DNA of 64,000 nucleotides from Macrostomum lignano (Eukaryota). Below the pieces are notes generated by a model, which saw only the letters and a list, made by a program, of their open reading frames with translations, was not told the DNA's origin and did not search any database. Location of the stretch: contig NIVC01000458.1 in NCBI GenBank assembly GCA_002269645.1, forward strand, positions 62,001 through 126,000, given 5' to 3'. The position numbers and the translations under genes were made by a program. Below are positions 13,041 through 31,755 of the stretch, in pieces. Each line of letters starts with the position of its first letter. The stretch's first letter is position 1.

Positions 13041-13894
13041 TTTTTTTATATTGTTTGGAAGTGTCTGTTGCTAATTTGTATGTATCATGTACAGTACTAT
13101 CAGCGTTTATTTTGTCAGTAAAGCCCCTGATTTGTCATTAACGCCCTTAAAGCATGGGTATTTAATTTACTACTCTGGCAGCAGAACTTGATTGGCTATT
13201 GTTGTGTGCAGTTTTATGTCAGTGGCCATAAGTTTAAAAATTCATGCAAATAGCATAAACCTTAGTCGAGTATTTTTAAACAGGAGTTTCCCATAGTGGC
13301 TGCTAGCAAAATGAATGAAGTCGACTCAGGAGTTAAAAGGAAAAGAGATGTAGCTCCTATCTGGTGAATTAGAATTCAATATATATTGACTTACTGGTAT
13401 ACTTTCATCAGTACGAACTAATGGCAATGGGCATGCACATTCACAACAAATTCCACAATTTTGTCCTGGATTTGCAAGCTCACTGCAGGCTTAAGTATGT
13501 ATACCGTGCTTTTGTTGAAACAACTGTCAAATATTGTCTTAATTGTATATATAGTATATTATGTAGTTGATAAATTTGTATCAAGTAAAATCGTACGGTA
13601 CCTAAATATACCTTACATGTTGTTTGAACAACAAAGTGTTTTTAGTTTGATTTCATTTGTGCTTATACGAACTATTAGCACCAGAGCGACCAAAAAATGT
13701 TAGCAGAATCCCTTCTCTATATAAAAAATGGGAATCTTGTGGTCACCTTCCTTGTAGCACTTTGGTAAAATTGGATCTACGAGTATATTGCCCTAACAGG
13801 CTATTTTAATTTTGTGTTCTAATCTTTTGGGTCTTGTTTTAAGTGTTCAGTGTTTGATTGTTAAAACCAAATAAGCGAGACCTTTTTTATTAGA

Positions 13895-14231
13895 GGCAGG
13901 GGGGTTGTGTGCACCCTGGCGCACTTTAAGCGACATAGGCACACAACCGGCGTGAGGCATTACTGCCCATTCCGCCGACTCTTCTGAGCAGGCATACAAG
14001 CGCGCAGATACGTACGCAGGCACACACTCACACAGGAGTGTACAGCGGCCCTAACTTTATATTATCGTTAGGCATGTACACTTCACTGCGCCTTGGGGGG
14101 TTGGCTCTCAAGGCCGTTAATTGCACGAGCAGAGCCAAGCCAAGACTTCAATTCAGCCCCAAATTAATGTGACTGCACTTGGAATCGAGCCTGGGTCACT
14201 GGCACATCAGAGCCTGCGCTAGACCGCTGGG
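13895..14231 (-). mobile_element. tRNA-derived SINE (family A), fullest copy in the window
   Basis: Minus strand begins GGGGCCGTAGCCCAGCGGTCTAGCGC...GGCTCGATTCC (Pol III A and B boxes). The body (GGCCGCTGTACACTCCTGTGTGAGTGTGTGCC) recurs near 20490-20530, 46318-46385, 57605-57770 and 58745-58880. Confidence 0.7.
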
Positions 14232-14609
14232 CTACGGCCCCCCAAAGCAAGACCATGCATTCGAATGATTCTCCCTGGTTGTGGTTCAAATCGGTGTTTC
14301 TTATCCAGCTAAGTTACAATGGTTGAGAAAGTCTCGAGAAGCCGAAGGTGGGAATCGGGATTCAATGATCGGATGAAGATTTTTCTTATCGAATCCTTTT
14401 CATTGTAAATTAAAGTTCTTTCATTGGCCAGAAGCAAAATCCTAACAGTTATATTCGGATGGAAAGTTGTTGGAGAATAGATGCATCACTTCAGTAATGT
14501 TAAGTAAATTTTGTATATAATTACGTATAGTGAGTAGTACATTGTTTTGTCTTTGTTTGCTGGTCTTTTAACATCTTAAACAGTTTCTTCCATCCATTTC
14601 AGCAGCCAG

Positions 14610-15596
14610 ATGTCCCGACAGCTGGAATTGCGAAAGCTGGACCATTTGGCCGTGACCTTTGACCATCGTCTGGACCCACTTCTACTACCTGACGAAACAA
14701 TAAAAGAATTGCTAGGCAATTTTGAGTACTTGGAAAACACGGTGCTATTAGCATCGCCGGATGAAATTGAATCTACCAGTATTGAATATCGGCGCTGTCT
14801 TAGCGATTCCGGGCAGAACTCAATTGAAAATGTGGCCAGACTTTATGCACTGCACGAAGTTCGTTCGTTTTCCGGTGGTCAATCTGTCACGATTGACGAC
14901 GCGTTCCTGATGCCTAGTGAAGCTGAGCAGTGTGATGCGAACGATTTGGCAGAAATTGAAAGTCTCCAGCGAGCTCTCCAGACCCTATTCGGCGTGGATT
15001 TGCGCTCGAAAATCGAAGTATCATTCGATGTTAACCTGGCGCATCGCGTTCACAAGTTGGTGATGCCGAACGCTCAAGACGCTGGGAATTTTCGTACATG
15101 CGATGCCGCGCCACGCGACTCAACCTTTCAGTACTTGAATTGGGAGCAGATACCTGCCGAATTAGAGGTGCTGTTCAACTACTGCTCAGAGCAATCAATG
15201 ACAACTCGCAACCGCGGAGACGCTTTCAAACTAGCTGCCGTGTTTCTAGAGCGCTTCCTACTCATTCATCCGTACAGAGATGGTAATGGCCGCACGAGCC
15301 GACTGCTCTGCTCGGCGCTTCTCATGCAAATGGACTGTATGAAGGTGCCATTGTTGTTTAACTTTGACAAACGGAGGAACTCCTCTGGATCGATGACCCT
15401 CTGTCGAGATCAGTATATGAGCGCGCTGCAAGGAGCCAGAGGTGCAATAGCATCGGACACCGTGCCACCGAACCTATTGGCCGCTTTTCTTGTTCTAGTC
15501 GGTGACAGGACTCTGCGCTCTTGGTCCGATTTGTTAGTTGTGGGCACGGAGCGGCAAAGGCATCGATCCAGCTCTCATAAGGAAGACGAGCAATGA
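14610..15596 (+). CDS. Fic-domain protein 2 (putative AMPylase), 328 aa, uninterrupted coding region
   Basis: Motif HPYRDGNGRTSR in Fic-core context (HRVHKLVM..DAGNFRT..IPAELEVLF..AAVFLERFLLIH; RDQYMSALQGA). No obvious TM segment or TPR upstream. An acceptor-like TTTCAGCAG just before the ATG suggests an intron upstream of this exon. Confidence 0.9.
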   Translation: MSRQLELRKLDHLAVTFDHRLDPLLLPDETIKELLGNFEYLENTVLLASPDEIESTSIEYRRCLSDSGQNSIENVARLYALHEVRSFSGGQSVTIDDAFLMPSEAEQCDANDLAEIESLQRALQTLFGVDLRSKIEVSFDVNLAHRVHKLVMPNAQDAGNFRTCDAAPRDSTFQYLNWEQIPAELEVLFNYCSEQSMTTRNRGDAFKLAAVFLERFLLIHPYRDGNGRTSRLLCSALLMQMDCMKVPLLFNFDKRRNSSGSMTLCRDQYMSALQGARGAIASDTVPPNLLAAFLVLVGDRTLRSWSDLLVVGTERQRHRSSSHKEDEQ

Positions 15597-15912
15597 GATT
15601 GCTTGGCTTGACTTAAATTTTTGCTAAGCGTTAAGCTAACAATCACAAAAAGTTACGGTTACATCAGGATGTAACAAGCTCTTAAATACAAAAAACACCG
15701 TCTTAATAGCGGAAGGCCATAAATCATCCATTAAGTGCTTCAAAATGTGGATTTTATATTTTGCCAATCCATTTTAAAGCGAAATCGGTACTTCAAATAA
15801 AATTGCAGATAGAACCAGTGTTATGCCCTGATACAATCGTAACGAACTTGTAGTGTCCTTGCGTCAAAATTTTAAGAAGCAATCGCCCAGAAATTTCTGG
15901 TATTCCATGAAG

Positions 15913-16182
15913 AAAAGGCCTGTCAACTTAAGCTCATTAAGTAGAGCCCTTAAAGGGGAGAATAAGCAAAGTGATAATTGGGGACTCCACTTTATGAGCT
16001 TTAGTTGACATACATGTAATATTCCCAATTATCCCCTTGCTTGTTCTCCCTTATCCCAAGCCAACTTTCGTCGCTTTTTGCCAAACCCAGCTTCCTGATG
16101 TCACTGTGAGCAGAATGACGTATCACTTGTGTACACAGGTTACTTGGGCTCCACTTTATGAGCTTGAGTTGACAGGCCTTTT
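15913..16182. mobile_element. MITE-like element with ~37-bp TIRs
   Basis: AAAAGGCCTGTCAACTTAAGCTCATTAAGTAGAGCCC (15913-15949) is the near-perfect reverse complement of 16146-16182. A partial inverted copy lies at ~26668-26840 in MYRF intron 4. Confidence 0.7.
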
Positions 16183-18132
16183 ACCGCACTCTGCTTTTAC
16201 AATCGGCAAGATAAAGTCGGAGCTAGCAATTGACAAAAAATTTCCGCTTGACGTTAGCACGGCCTAAAAAATTCCTCGTTGAAGTAACTTTGTAATAATA
16301 ATCTGTGCTAAAATCCCCTTAAAATTTTGATGAAGTGGTTGCCTTGTATTGTGGTTGAGGTTTTCTCGATATTGTTATCTCTTTCTCATATTGAACCAAA
16401 AATTTACCCATTTTTATCATTTTGCATATTTTATCTTTTTTACTCTCAAATCTACTAAATTGAAGGTCACTTTTAATTTTTAATACAAACAGATAGTCTG
16501 AATTTATCCTTTTTCCTAGTTTAGTTCATAAAGCGCTCTCATTTTGAACTAACACAATTTGTTGCATATAAAATTATGATTGAGGATGATTGAGGCTTGA
16601 GCAGAGACATCAGAAATTTACAGTATGATGTCCATAGTCACTTGGTGCCACATTTTGAAGGTCCAGAATCTCCGCCTGTGTGAGGGCCAGTGACCAACTA
16701 AGTCAGCTGATGTAGATACTCATTTCATTGACGTGCTGATGAAATTTGAAGGCTTTGCAAGGCGCACAGGGGTGTGTTGAATAGACTGAAAAAATCCAAA
16801 CATTCAAGAATTGTTGAATATCTCGATGGTCCAGGGGGCTGGCTTTGAGGTGCGCAACTCTTAATAGTTAGACGGGCGGAAAATGGCTTGGCAATTCTAC
16901 TGTTAATCTAATGCGTAAAACAGCTTCTTCTTGTTACTCGTAGTAACTAGCTGAGTTTTTTATATTAAGCAATTGAAATTACGCTCGTATGTAGATTTTT
17001 TCGCTAAATTAGTTTTAAGCACGCTGATCAAGTATTCGATTGCTTTTTAGCATTCAATTAAAGTGACTTTACGCATGTAGATATACTCCTATACTGGTGT
17101 GTGCTAATTACTCGTAATTTTTAAAAATTTTATTTGTACATCGTGCTTTTAAAAAAGATTTTACAGATTTCTTGAGCTTTCCTTAGTGACAATTTTAAAG
17201 GCAGAATCAAGTCTTGATTGTGAAATGTAGCCATTTCCACCGTATGCGTTTTAGTACAAAACTCCATCCATGCACTTTCATCTGCTGATTCGCTAAACGC
17301 AGGCTACTAATAGCAGCCTAACATCGCGCTGTGTTTTAATGCACGAAAGTACGAAGCAATCCTTGACCCTTGTACTTTTCCCTCTACTACCGACCCGCTA
17401 GCATAGCAACCAGAGATATCGATAGAAACCAACTAAATCCACAGTCCACACCATTAGCCTCTAACACCAGATCATCCGAAAGTATCGATAAGTATTGCTG
17501 TACATCTTATTCTGATTGCTTCATACTTCGTATTTAGGAGGTTTACATCTCTGTATTTTGCGTGAATATCACCAGTGACTAGGATTGAAATATAACATCC
17601 GAAGAGAGGGTATAACACCGCAGAAAACACTGAGTCGGACTTGCCGCTTATTGCCTCAACTTCATTAGAACATTCGGATGCAGATTCGATAGAGAGCTAA
17701 AACACATTTAAAAGTATTTCAATTGTACTTTTACTCACTTCCTTCTGTACATCTACTAATTAAAGGTTAAAGCAAATAATAGCAATAAAGACAGAATTGA
17801 CTATTAATTATTCACAACGCTTTTTCGACCGTAACAACAATAATAACCGATAACTATTATTGGCAATGCTATTATTATTGAATAATAGTTGTTACTGTAC
17901 ATTGAAAATTAAGTGCTTGCTGATGTGGCAAAGTCGCAAGTAAAGTACAAAGCAAATTACACGAAACAAATTGAGCAAAACTTGATTATCAGCGGTGATT
18001 TCCTCAATCTAATTTGATTAGTACAATTAACTGGCATTAATTTGCTTGGTAAGTCAAATTTTCAATATAGAAGAATTGCAAGGCACGAGTCAATCAGACA
18101 AAGTAAATATCTATTACTATTGATAGTAGTAG

Positions 18133-21100
18133 CTAAGCGTCCAGCTTAACTGCCGGGTGATTCTCCAACTGGGTCATATCTCTGAGCAGATCAGCCACTG
18201 TGAAGCGAAGTTGATGAAATTTTGACAGAGGAACCTGAAAAAATAGGCGAACTCTTGTTGAGTTTGGGGTTGTTGAGAGTTGGAAGAAAGCGAATGTACA
18301 TTATGATGAGGATTTGAAGAGAGACTTTACATTGCGGGTGAGGGTTGGAAGAGACGAGAGCCAGTGTACATTGTAGCTAGGTGAGAGTTGAATTGGAAGA
18401 GAATCCGTGTACATTACAGTATGGGCGAGGTTTAAAAGAGAGCCAGTGTACATTATGGGTGAGGGTTGGAAGAGCCAGTGTACATTATGGGTGAGGGTTG
18501 GAAGAGCCAGTGTACATTATGGGCATTATGGGTGAGGGTTGGAAGAGCCAGTGTACATTATGGGTGAGGGTTGGAAGAACCAGTGTACATTGTGGGTGAG
18601 GGTTGGAAAAGAGACCGTTTACATGTAAATTATGGGGTGAGGGTTGGAAGAGAGCCAGTATACATTATGAGTGAGAATTGGAGGAGAGACGGTGTACTTT
18701 GAGCGAGGGCTGGAAGGGAGCGAATGTACATGTAAATTGTGGGCAGAGGTTGAAAGAATTTGAAACCAGGCGGGGGCATGCTCCCCCAGTGAAAGCTATG
18801 GTAAGACATGCCAATGATTTGTCCCCCCAACCCCACCTAATTGCTTTGACCCGTTATGAAAATCAATAATTTTGCTTCAGGGCGACAGAACAGCGCCTGC
18901 GGCACCAAAAAGAGTGCCTGCGGCGCTAAAATAAGTGCCTGCGGCGCCAGAAAGAGTGCCTGCGACGCTAAAACGAGCGCTTACAACACCGATAATGTAC
19001 ATGTAGAAATTTAGTCATGTACATGCAGAATTTTTGGCTTTGTCCTCCCTCACTATAAAATCCATGGCGACGCCCCTGTCGGTTTCAATTGTGGTTGAAG
19101 ATTAAGTGTGAATATTGTGGTAGGTGAGAGAAAAAATCAGCCAACTCACTTCGAAGCAGTGCGGTGTGTCTCCTGTCCGAAAGCTGATGAACACAGTAGG
19201 CTCAAGAATTTTGCCGACCTTGCTAAAAATGGAATTTTTTTTGTTTTAAAGTAAAGTTAAACTACTTAAAGTAGCTAGCTTGAAAAATTTAAAAACAAAA
19301 ATACGAAACAACCGACAGACCTGGTGCAAATGTTCACGTCGATTTTCCAGGAAAACTCCTCCATTGGATCGCTGCGGGCGTCAATCTTTTTCGACTTGTC
19401 CACGGCGTCTAGAAAACTGAATAAGGATCAGAATCATTTGAATAGAGAGTTGACAGGGTTCATTGTATGAGTGTATGATCAAAATGAGCATTTGGATCTG
19501 CATCTAATAAAAAATGATCGCTTTATTTGAGCTAAGCGAGTGTTTGAGCAACTGTGGAATTCGGTGAACCCAGTGTTTATCTTTTGATATGTTGCGCCTT
19601 TCTTATAGCTCTATTGATATTTATAAAGCTTGTCGCTCAAAAAATTAAGAATTTTATGTCAATGGACTCTAACTTTCACTCTACAGAAGGGCAAAGACAC
19701 GCAATTTTTACACTTTGGAGTCTTGGTCAGAAATGCCCTGATATTCACGAAAACCTGACCCGCATTCACGGTCCCGACTCCCGATGCCATCAGTCGGCGA
19801 CAGTTTACAGGTGGATCGAACAGTGCGAGGCGGCCGGCAGTGAGTTGCCAACTTATCCAAAAGTTAGGGTCCATGGGTGGAACAAATCTTGCAGCTGCTG
19901 TCTTGCAACTCAGTGCTTGATCAGCTGTACTTGTGGCTTTCTTCTGAGTGAGCATAGAAGCACTATGCGGTGTGTATTTCTATGGCCAAGGGTATGTGAA
20001 CAAATACATGCTGCTTACAGCAGGAAGCACTTATAAAAATCGAATTTTCGTGGCATGAAAGCTAAAATAAGCCGCTAACTTTTAAGGCATATGATTTTTT
20101 AACACACATTAATACACCTTTTCACGCTCAATTCCGATCAAAGTCCAGTTTTAAAAAAACTAGCGGAAATTAAATAAAAACAAACCCCAGTTCAAAACAT
20201 TCTGTCCATTCTGCCACTGAAGCAAGGTTTAGCCATAGACAAAATTGTCCCCAGTCTGAACTGAATTTCCGCTAGTTTTTTCAGAACTGGACCCTGATCA
20301 AAATTGAACGTGAAAATGTGTACTCGTGGAAGCAAGCAAAAGTGACACTACTTCTGGGACACCACTCGTAATATGAAAGAAGTGAAAAATTCCTATCTCT
20401 GTAGTGTATTTTCGGTTAAAACCAGCCTCATAAACATTTTCTTAGAAACGTAGCTTCCCCGTGCTTCTCTACTTGAGTTGTCCTTGGCCTGACGATTAGA
20501 AAGTCAGGGCCGCCCTGTGTGAGCGCGTGCCTTGTATATTGGCTCTTGTATGTACTCAGGTCAATGTCACCTAAAGCGTTTCTGCAGATATTTACAGGAG
20601 CAGAAATTTCGGCAGAACTGACTAACCCAGCGTCAAATGCCATCTCCAGCAGGCCCTCGATCCAGGGCTCCGAGTATTTCAGCTGGCGCAGGTCGTCGCG
20701 CAGCCGATCTCGTTGGCGCAGCTTTGGCGGCAGGTCGCGAGTCAGACGGAACAGGCGGAGCAGGACGCCCAGAGCGTGCGCGCGCTTCTCACTGTCGGCT
20801 GGCGAGGCGGCGCCCGTGCAGATGCGCTGCAGCAGGGCCGGGTTCGGCTGGCCAGCGCACAGCTTTGCCGCAGCTGCCAGGTTGGCAATGAGGTTCGGTC
20901 AGTGCGACATGGGGTCAGATAAGGTTGGGTTTTGATGAAGCTAATGCGGCTGAATCTGGACAAACAACGGGTGCCAAATATTTGTGTGTTTTTTTCATGC
21001 ATTTTTCAGGGTCACGCCAGTGTGGGATACTCTGTAAGGTCAGGTCAGATACTGCCTATTTTCCAGCTACTTGAGACTGTCAGGTCATGGGTGTCAGTTT

Positions 21101-22056
21101 GGATCTGGTTATGGGTGTTAGACATAAGGTCTAGTTTTTGGTGTTAGTTATTATTATGCTAGTATTAGTTCATAGGTATCACATAGGGTATGGCAATGGG
21201 ACATGGTATCAGATATGATCAGTAAGATAATTTATTGTTGATATAGTTCATATACTTGTAGCTCTAGTGAAAGTCATTTTGATCATAAAAAGAAAAATGT
21301 AAATAAAATATTCAAAACATTGTATATTTAGGCATTTCGTATTTAAAACTAAGAAACAAATTATAAAGTACAATTTTATTTAAAATATAAAATGTAAACA
21401 AATTGTGCAGTTTTTAGTTTTTAACTTGCTAATAAATGATAACCATAATATAAAAAATTATAAAACTAGTAAATATATATACAAATTTAACATATATAAA
21501 TATAAGAAAGTTATATCAAAAGCAAATAATTAGATATTTAAAATATTTCAGATAGCAATAAAATATTATAATGTGTAAATATATATTAATTTCTTGTTCA
21601 AAAGTTAATATATGTATGAGTTTTAACTCAGAATTACTGCCAAAAAATAAGCATTCTAATAACCTTCTATCTTTTTAGACAATAAAATATAATAAATTAA
21701 ATCCTTTACACTAAAACTGATACAAAAACAATATAATTAAAAAAGAAATAGCTAATAAAATTATAACAGGGCCTATATAGGCTCCAAGTGAACTGGGATA
21801 GTTAAAGAAAGATAGGATAGGACAGGATGAAACAAAATGTTAATACTCAAAAGGTTGTTGTGTTGAACTGATAGTGATAACATTTAAACTTCTCGCAGAT
21901 ATAAAAACCGAAAGAATAGTGATTACCTTTCAGTAGCTCAGTGTCTACAGGAAGATCTACCATTACTTTTCTATTCTGCCTCAGAAATTCAATGTCGCGG
22001 TCACTGACAACAAACTCATGATACTTAATTTGCATTGGATTTATCGGCCTATTCAT
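18133..22056 (-). CDS. COMMD5: COMM domain-containing protein 5 homolog, 5 exons (22056-21927, 20873-20627, 19416-19321, 19222-19150, 18234-18133), ~215 aa
   Basis: All introns are GT-AG and phase-compatible (648 nt total). Product includes LTRDLPPKLRQRDRLRDDLRQL, EEFSWKIDVNICTS, KILEPTVFISF..CFE and VPLSKFHQLRFTVADLLRDM, paralleling COMMD5 (RLPPTSLKPDTFRDQLQEL, DFRWRVDVAISTS, SLQPSV, FEVPTAKFQELRYSVALVLKEM). Confidence 0.88.
18330..18720. repeat. Degenerate ~32-bp minisatellite in COMMD5 intron 4
   Basis: Repeated GTGTACATTATGGGTGAGGGTTGGAAGAGCCA. Confidence 0.85.
18760..19085. repeat. Dispersed repeat (second copy inverted at ~35465-35800)
   Basis: Shares the terminus CAGGGGCGTCGCCATGGATTTT and an internal AGTGCCTGCGGCGC tandem sub-repeat with 35465-35800, in opposite orientation. 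Confidence 0.7.
19656..20036 (+). pseudogene. Mariner-like transposase N-terminal HTH remnant, antisense within COMMD5 intron 2
   Basis: QRHAIFTLWSLGQKCPDIHENLTRIHG...TVYRWIEQCEAAG resembles the mariner paired-like HTH. No DDD domain follows. Confidence 0.5.
20115..20320. mobile_element. ~206-bp Tc1/mariner-type MITE (long hairpin)
   Basis: ~55-bp imperfect TIRs (CACCTTTTCACGCTCAATTCCGATCAAAGTCCAGTTTT..CTAGCGGAAATT and its reverse complement) flanked by TA at 20113-20114 and 20321-20322. Confidence 0.75.
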
Positions 22057-22739
22057 ATTGCCAAATTTATTTTTACTGCTATAAATCAATGAGTAAAGTT
22101 CAAAGTAGGAGTGGAGACGTCTTTACGCGCTAGTTTGCCAATTGCAGTTTTATTGTGTTCTATGGTTTCGCAGAAATGGATATTTTCAAAATAGCAACGT
22201 TTTATATAAAAAGACTGGAGCCAGAGTAAAACAAAAGTGCAAATGCTTTGCCTTAAAAATTGTTTTCTTTGTCTGATGTCTTTTAAGGCATGCATTTTTA
22301 ACTTTTAACTGCTGTCACTTACTATTAAAAAACTTATCACTCTTTCTTGCCTTAACTATATAATCTCGCTTGTTCCCATACCATTCGCACTCTGGTCACC
22401 ATTCCTAAATTTTGGTGTTTTAAGATAGGTACGCCTACAGTATATCTTTCTATCTTTAACTCTACTTTAAAATGTTGAACGACAGAAATCTTCCTATATT
22501 TATAATCTAGAATATATCAATCAAGAATCCACACTCTTGCCAGAATTTTGTGCTCAAAATCTGAGTGGGTATTTAATAGTTGAATAATCTTTTCACTGAT
22601 TTTCACCATAAGAGCATCGTTATCAATTTGGAAGCGAGTTTGAAACATTCGGATTAGCATCAATAACAAGCGATAAGCATTCGTAAACTTCATTCAAAGA
22701 AGATTTTTTACAAAGATTTCGATTTATAAATGACACACT
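22057..22739. promoter_or_regulatory. Probable bidirectional promoter region between COMMD5 and the MYRF-like gene
   Basis: Predicted start codons diverge only ~680 bp apart. Inferred from geometry; no specific motif identified. Confidence 0.5.
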
Positions 22740-30119
<7,380 letters not shown>

Positions 30120-31755
30120 GTTGTATCTGCCTACTAATAGTAGCGAACATTTAAAACAAAACCGAATTTCAACTCACTTTATGCTCTCTCTTTCATTACG
30201 AGTACTGTACCCAGCTTTATTGGCTTCAGGCACGGATCCAGAAAAATTTGAACGGTGCGTGGCTGCAGATTATACTAAGGCAATTTGCTTTTTGAATACT
30301 TATTTATTCTATAAATACTAATAATGTACATGTATTACCCATAGAAAAATATCTAAATCGATGGGGCGGGCGCCCTCTGAGCCCTCCCACCTAAATCCGC
30401 TACTGATTTGCTGTGTGAATAGACTCAGTGGTGGCGGGAGACAATCGTAAGGCAGGCAGGCAGGTGATCGTATATATATAAGGAAATGGGGGCATATATC
30501 CGCTATCGTGAACCGCGAGTTCCAAATCGCGAGGTAAAGAGAGTCTTCCTGTGGGCTTGGGGTTCTTCACTTTGCATAGTTGAGAAGGTTTTGTCATAGA
30601 CATAAAATGAAGCAGTAGTCCATCACATCACTCAGTGGCAGCCAAATAGATTTTATGATGGATGGAGAAGGCATGGGGAGTGATGTGGCTAGAGATCTAA
30701 AAAAATTGCTTAAATTTAAAAAAAACATTTAACAAGGTTTAAGAATGTACATTTAACAATTCAGCTTTGGAATTAATACTTTTTCTTTTGTGTTTGTCTT
30801 CTATATGTTACGTCATACCGATGTTTCCAAATAATTGTTTAACTATTTGGTAAATTTAAATTTGCTTCGTCAACATGCTTGCGCCGCATAAGTTCTCTCA
30901 CAAGGCAAAATTTTTGTGTTTCATTGCATACAGATACAGACACAGTTTATCGATTTACTGTTGAAATTTATATTAAAAAATTATAGCTACTACCTAGGTT
31001 TTTATATTAATTCCTTAAATATTTGTTTTGAATTTCCACCAAATTCATTATTTACTCATCATTAGCCACTGTACTAATCTAGTGCATGGTTTCCCACTTT
31101 TTTAAGTTAGGGCCTATTTTAATCATAACTATTTGCAAGCTGGATTGCTTGTTCTCTAAAAATTCATAAAATTCTGTGATTTTTCTGAATTTTAGATTTT
31201 TTTCTGAATTCAAATCTGATGAGTCAAATTTGGTGAGAATATTGTTTTAAAACAATTAGCAAATTATCGAGGAGATTTATTCAAATGTTTCTTGCCTTAA
31301 CTGCACATGCTTGATGTGTAACCACTGAGCCTCAACAAACTTATAAATTTAAATAAATTAAACTTTAAATCACGTATTTAAAAGGATAATGTAAAATCTT
31401 CATTGCAATATTTAATGGAATTTAATTTTTGTAAGTGTTTCTAAGGCCAAATCTCAACCATTCCGAATTCCATATAGTAATGTTTTTTTAGTAATTATTC
31501 ATTTTTGAATGCAAAGCTGCGCCAAGACAAGCTGATAAAAATAATTTAAGAAACTAAGTTCTAATTGCATGTGTAACGTTATTTGTCTAAAATAGTGGAC
31601 ACAATAATGTACACTATTAGAACATACATGACTGCATGACATTGCAATGTTACACATGATTAGGTAACTGCAGAAATGATGAGGCTGGCAGGCCAGTCTG
31701 GCATGTACCATCGGCATAGTATAGCAGTCTGAAATCAAAATCCCTAGTGGTCACT

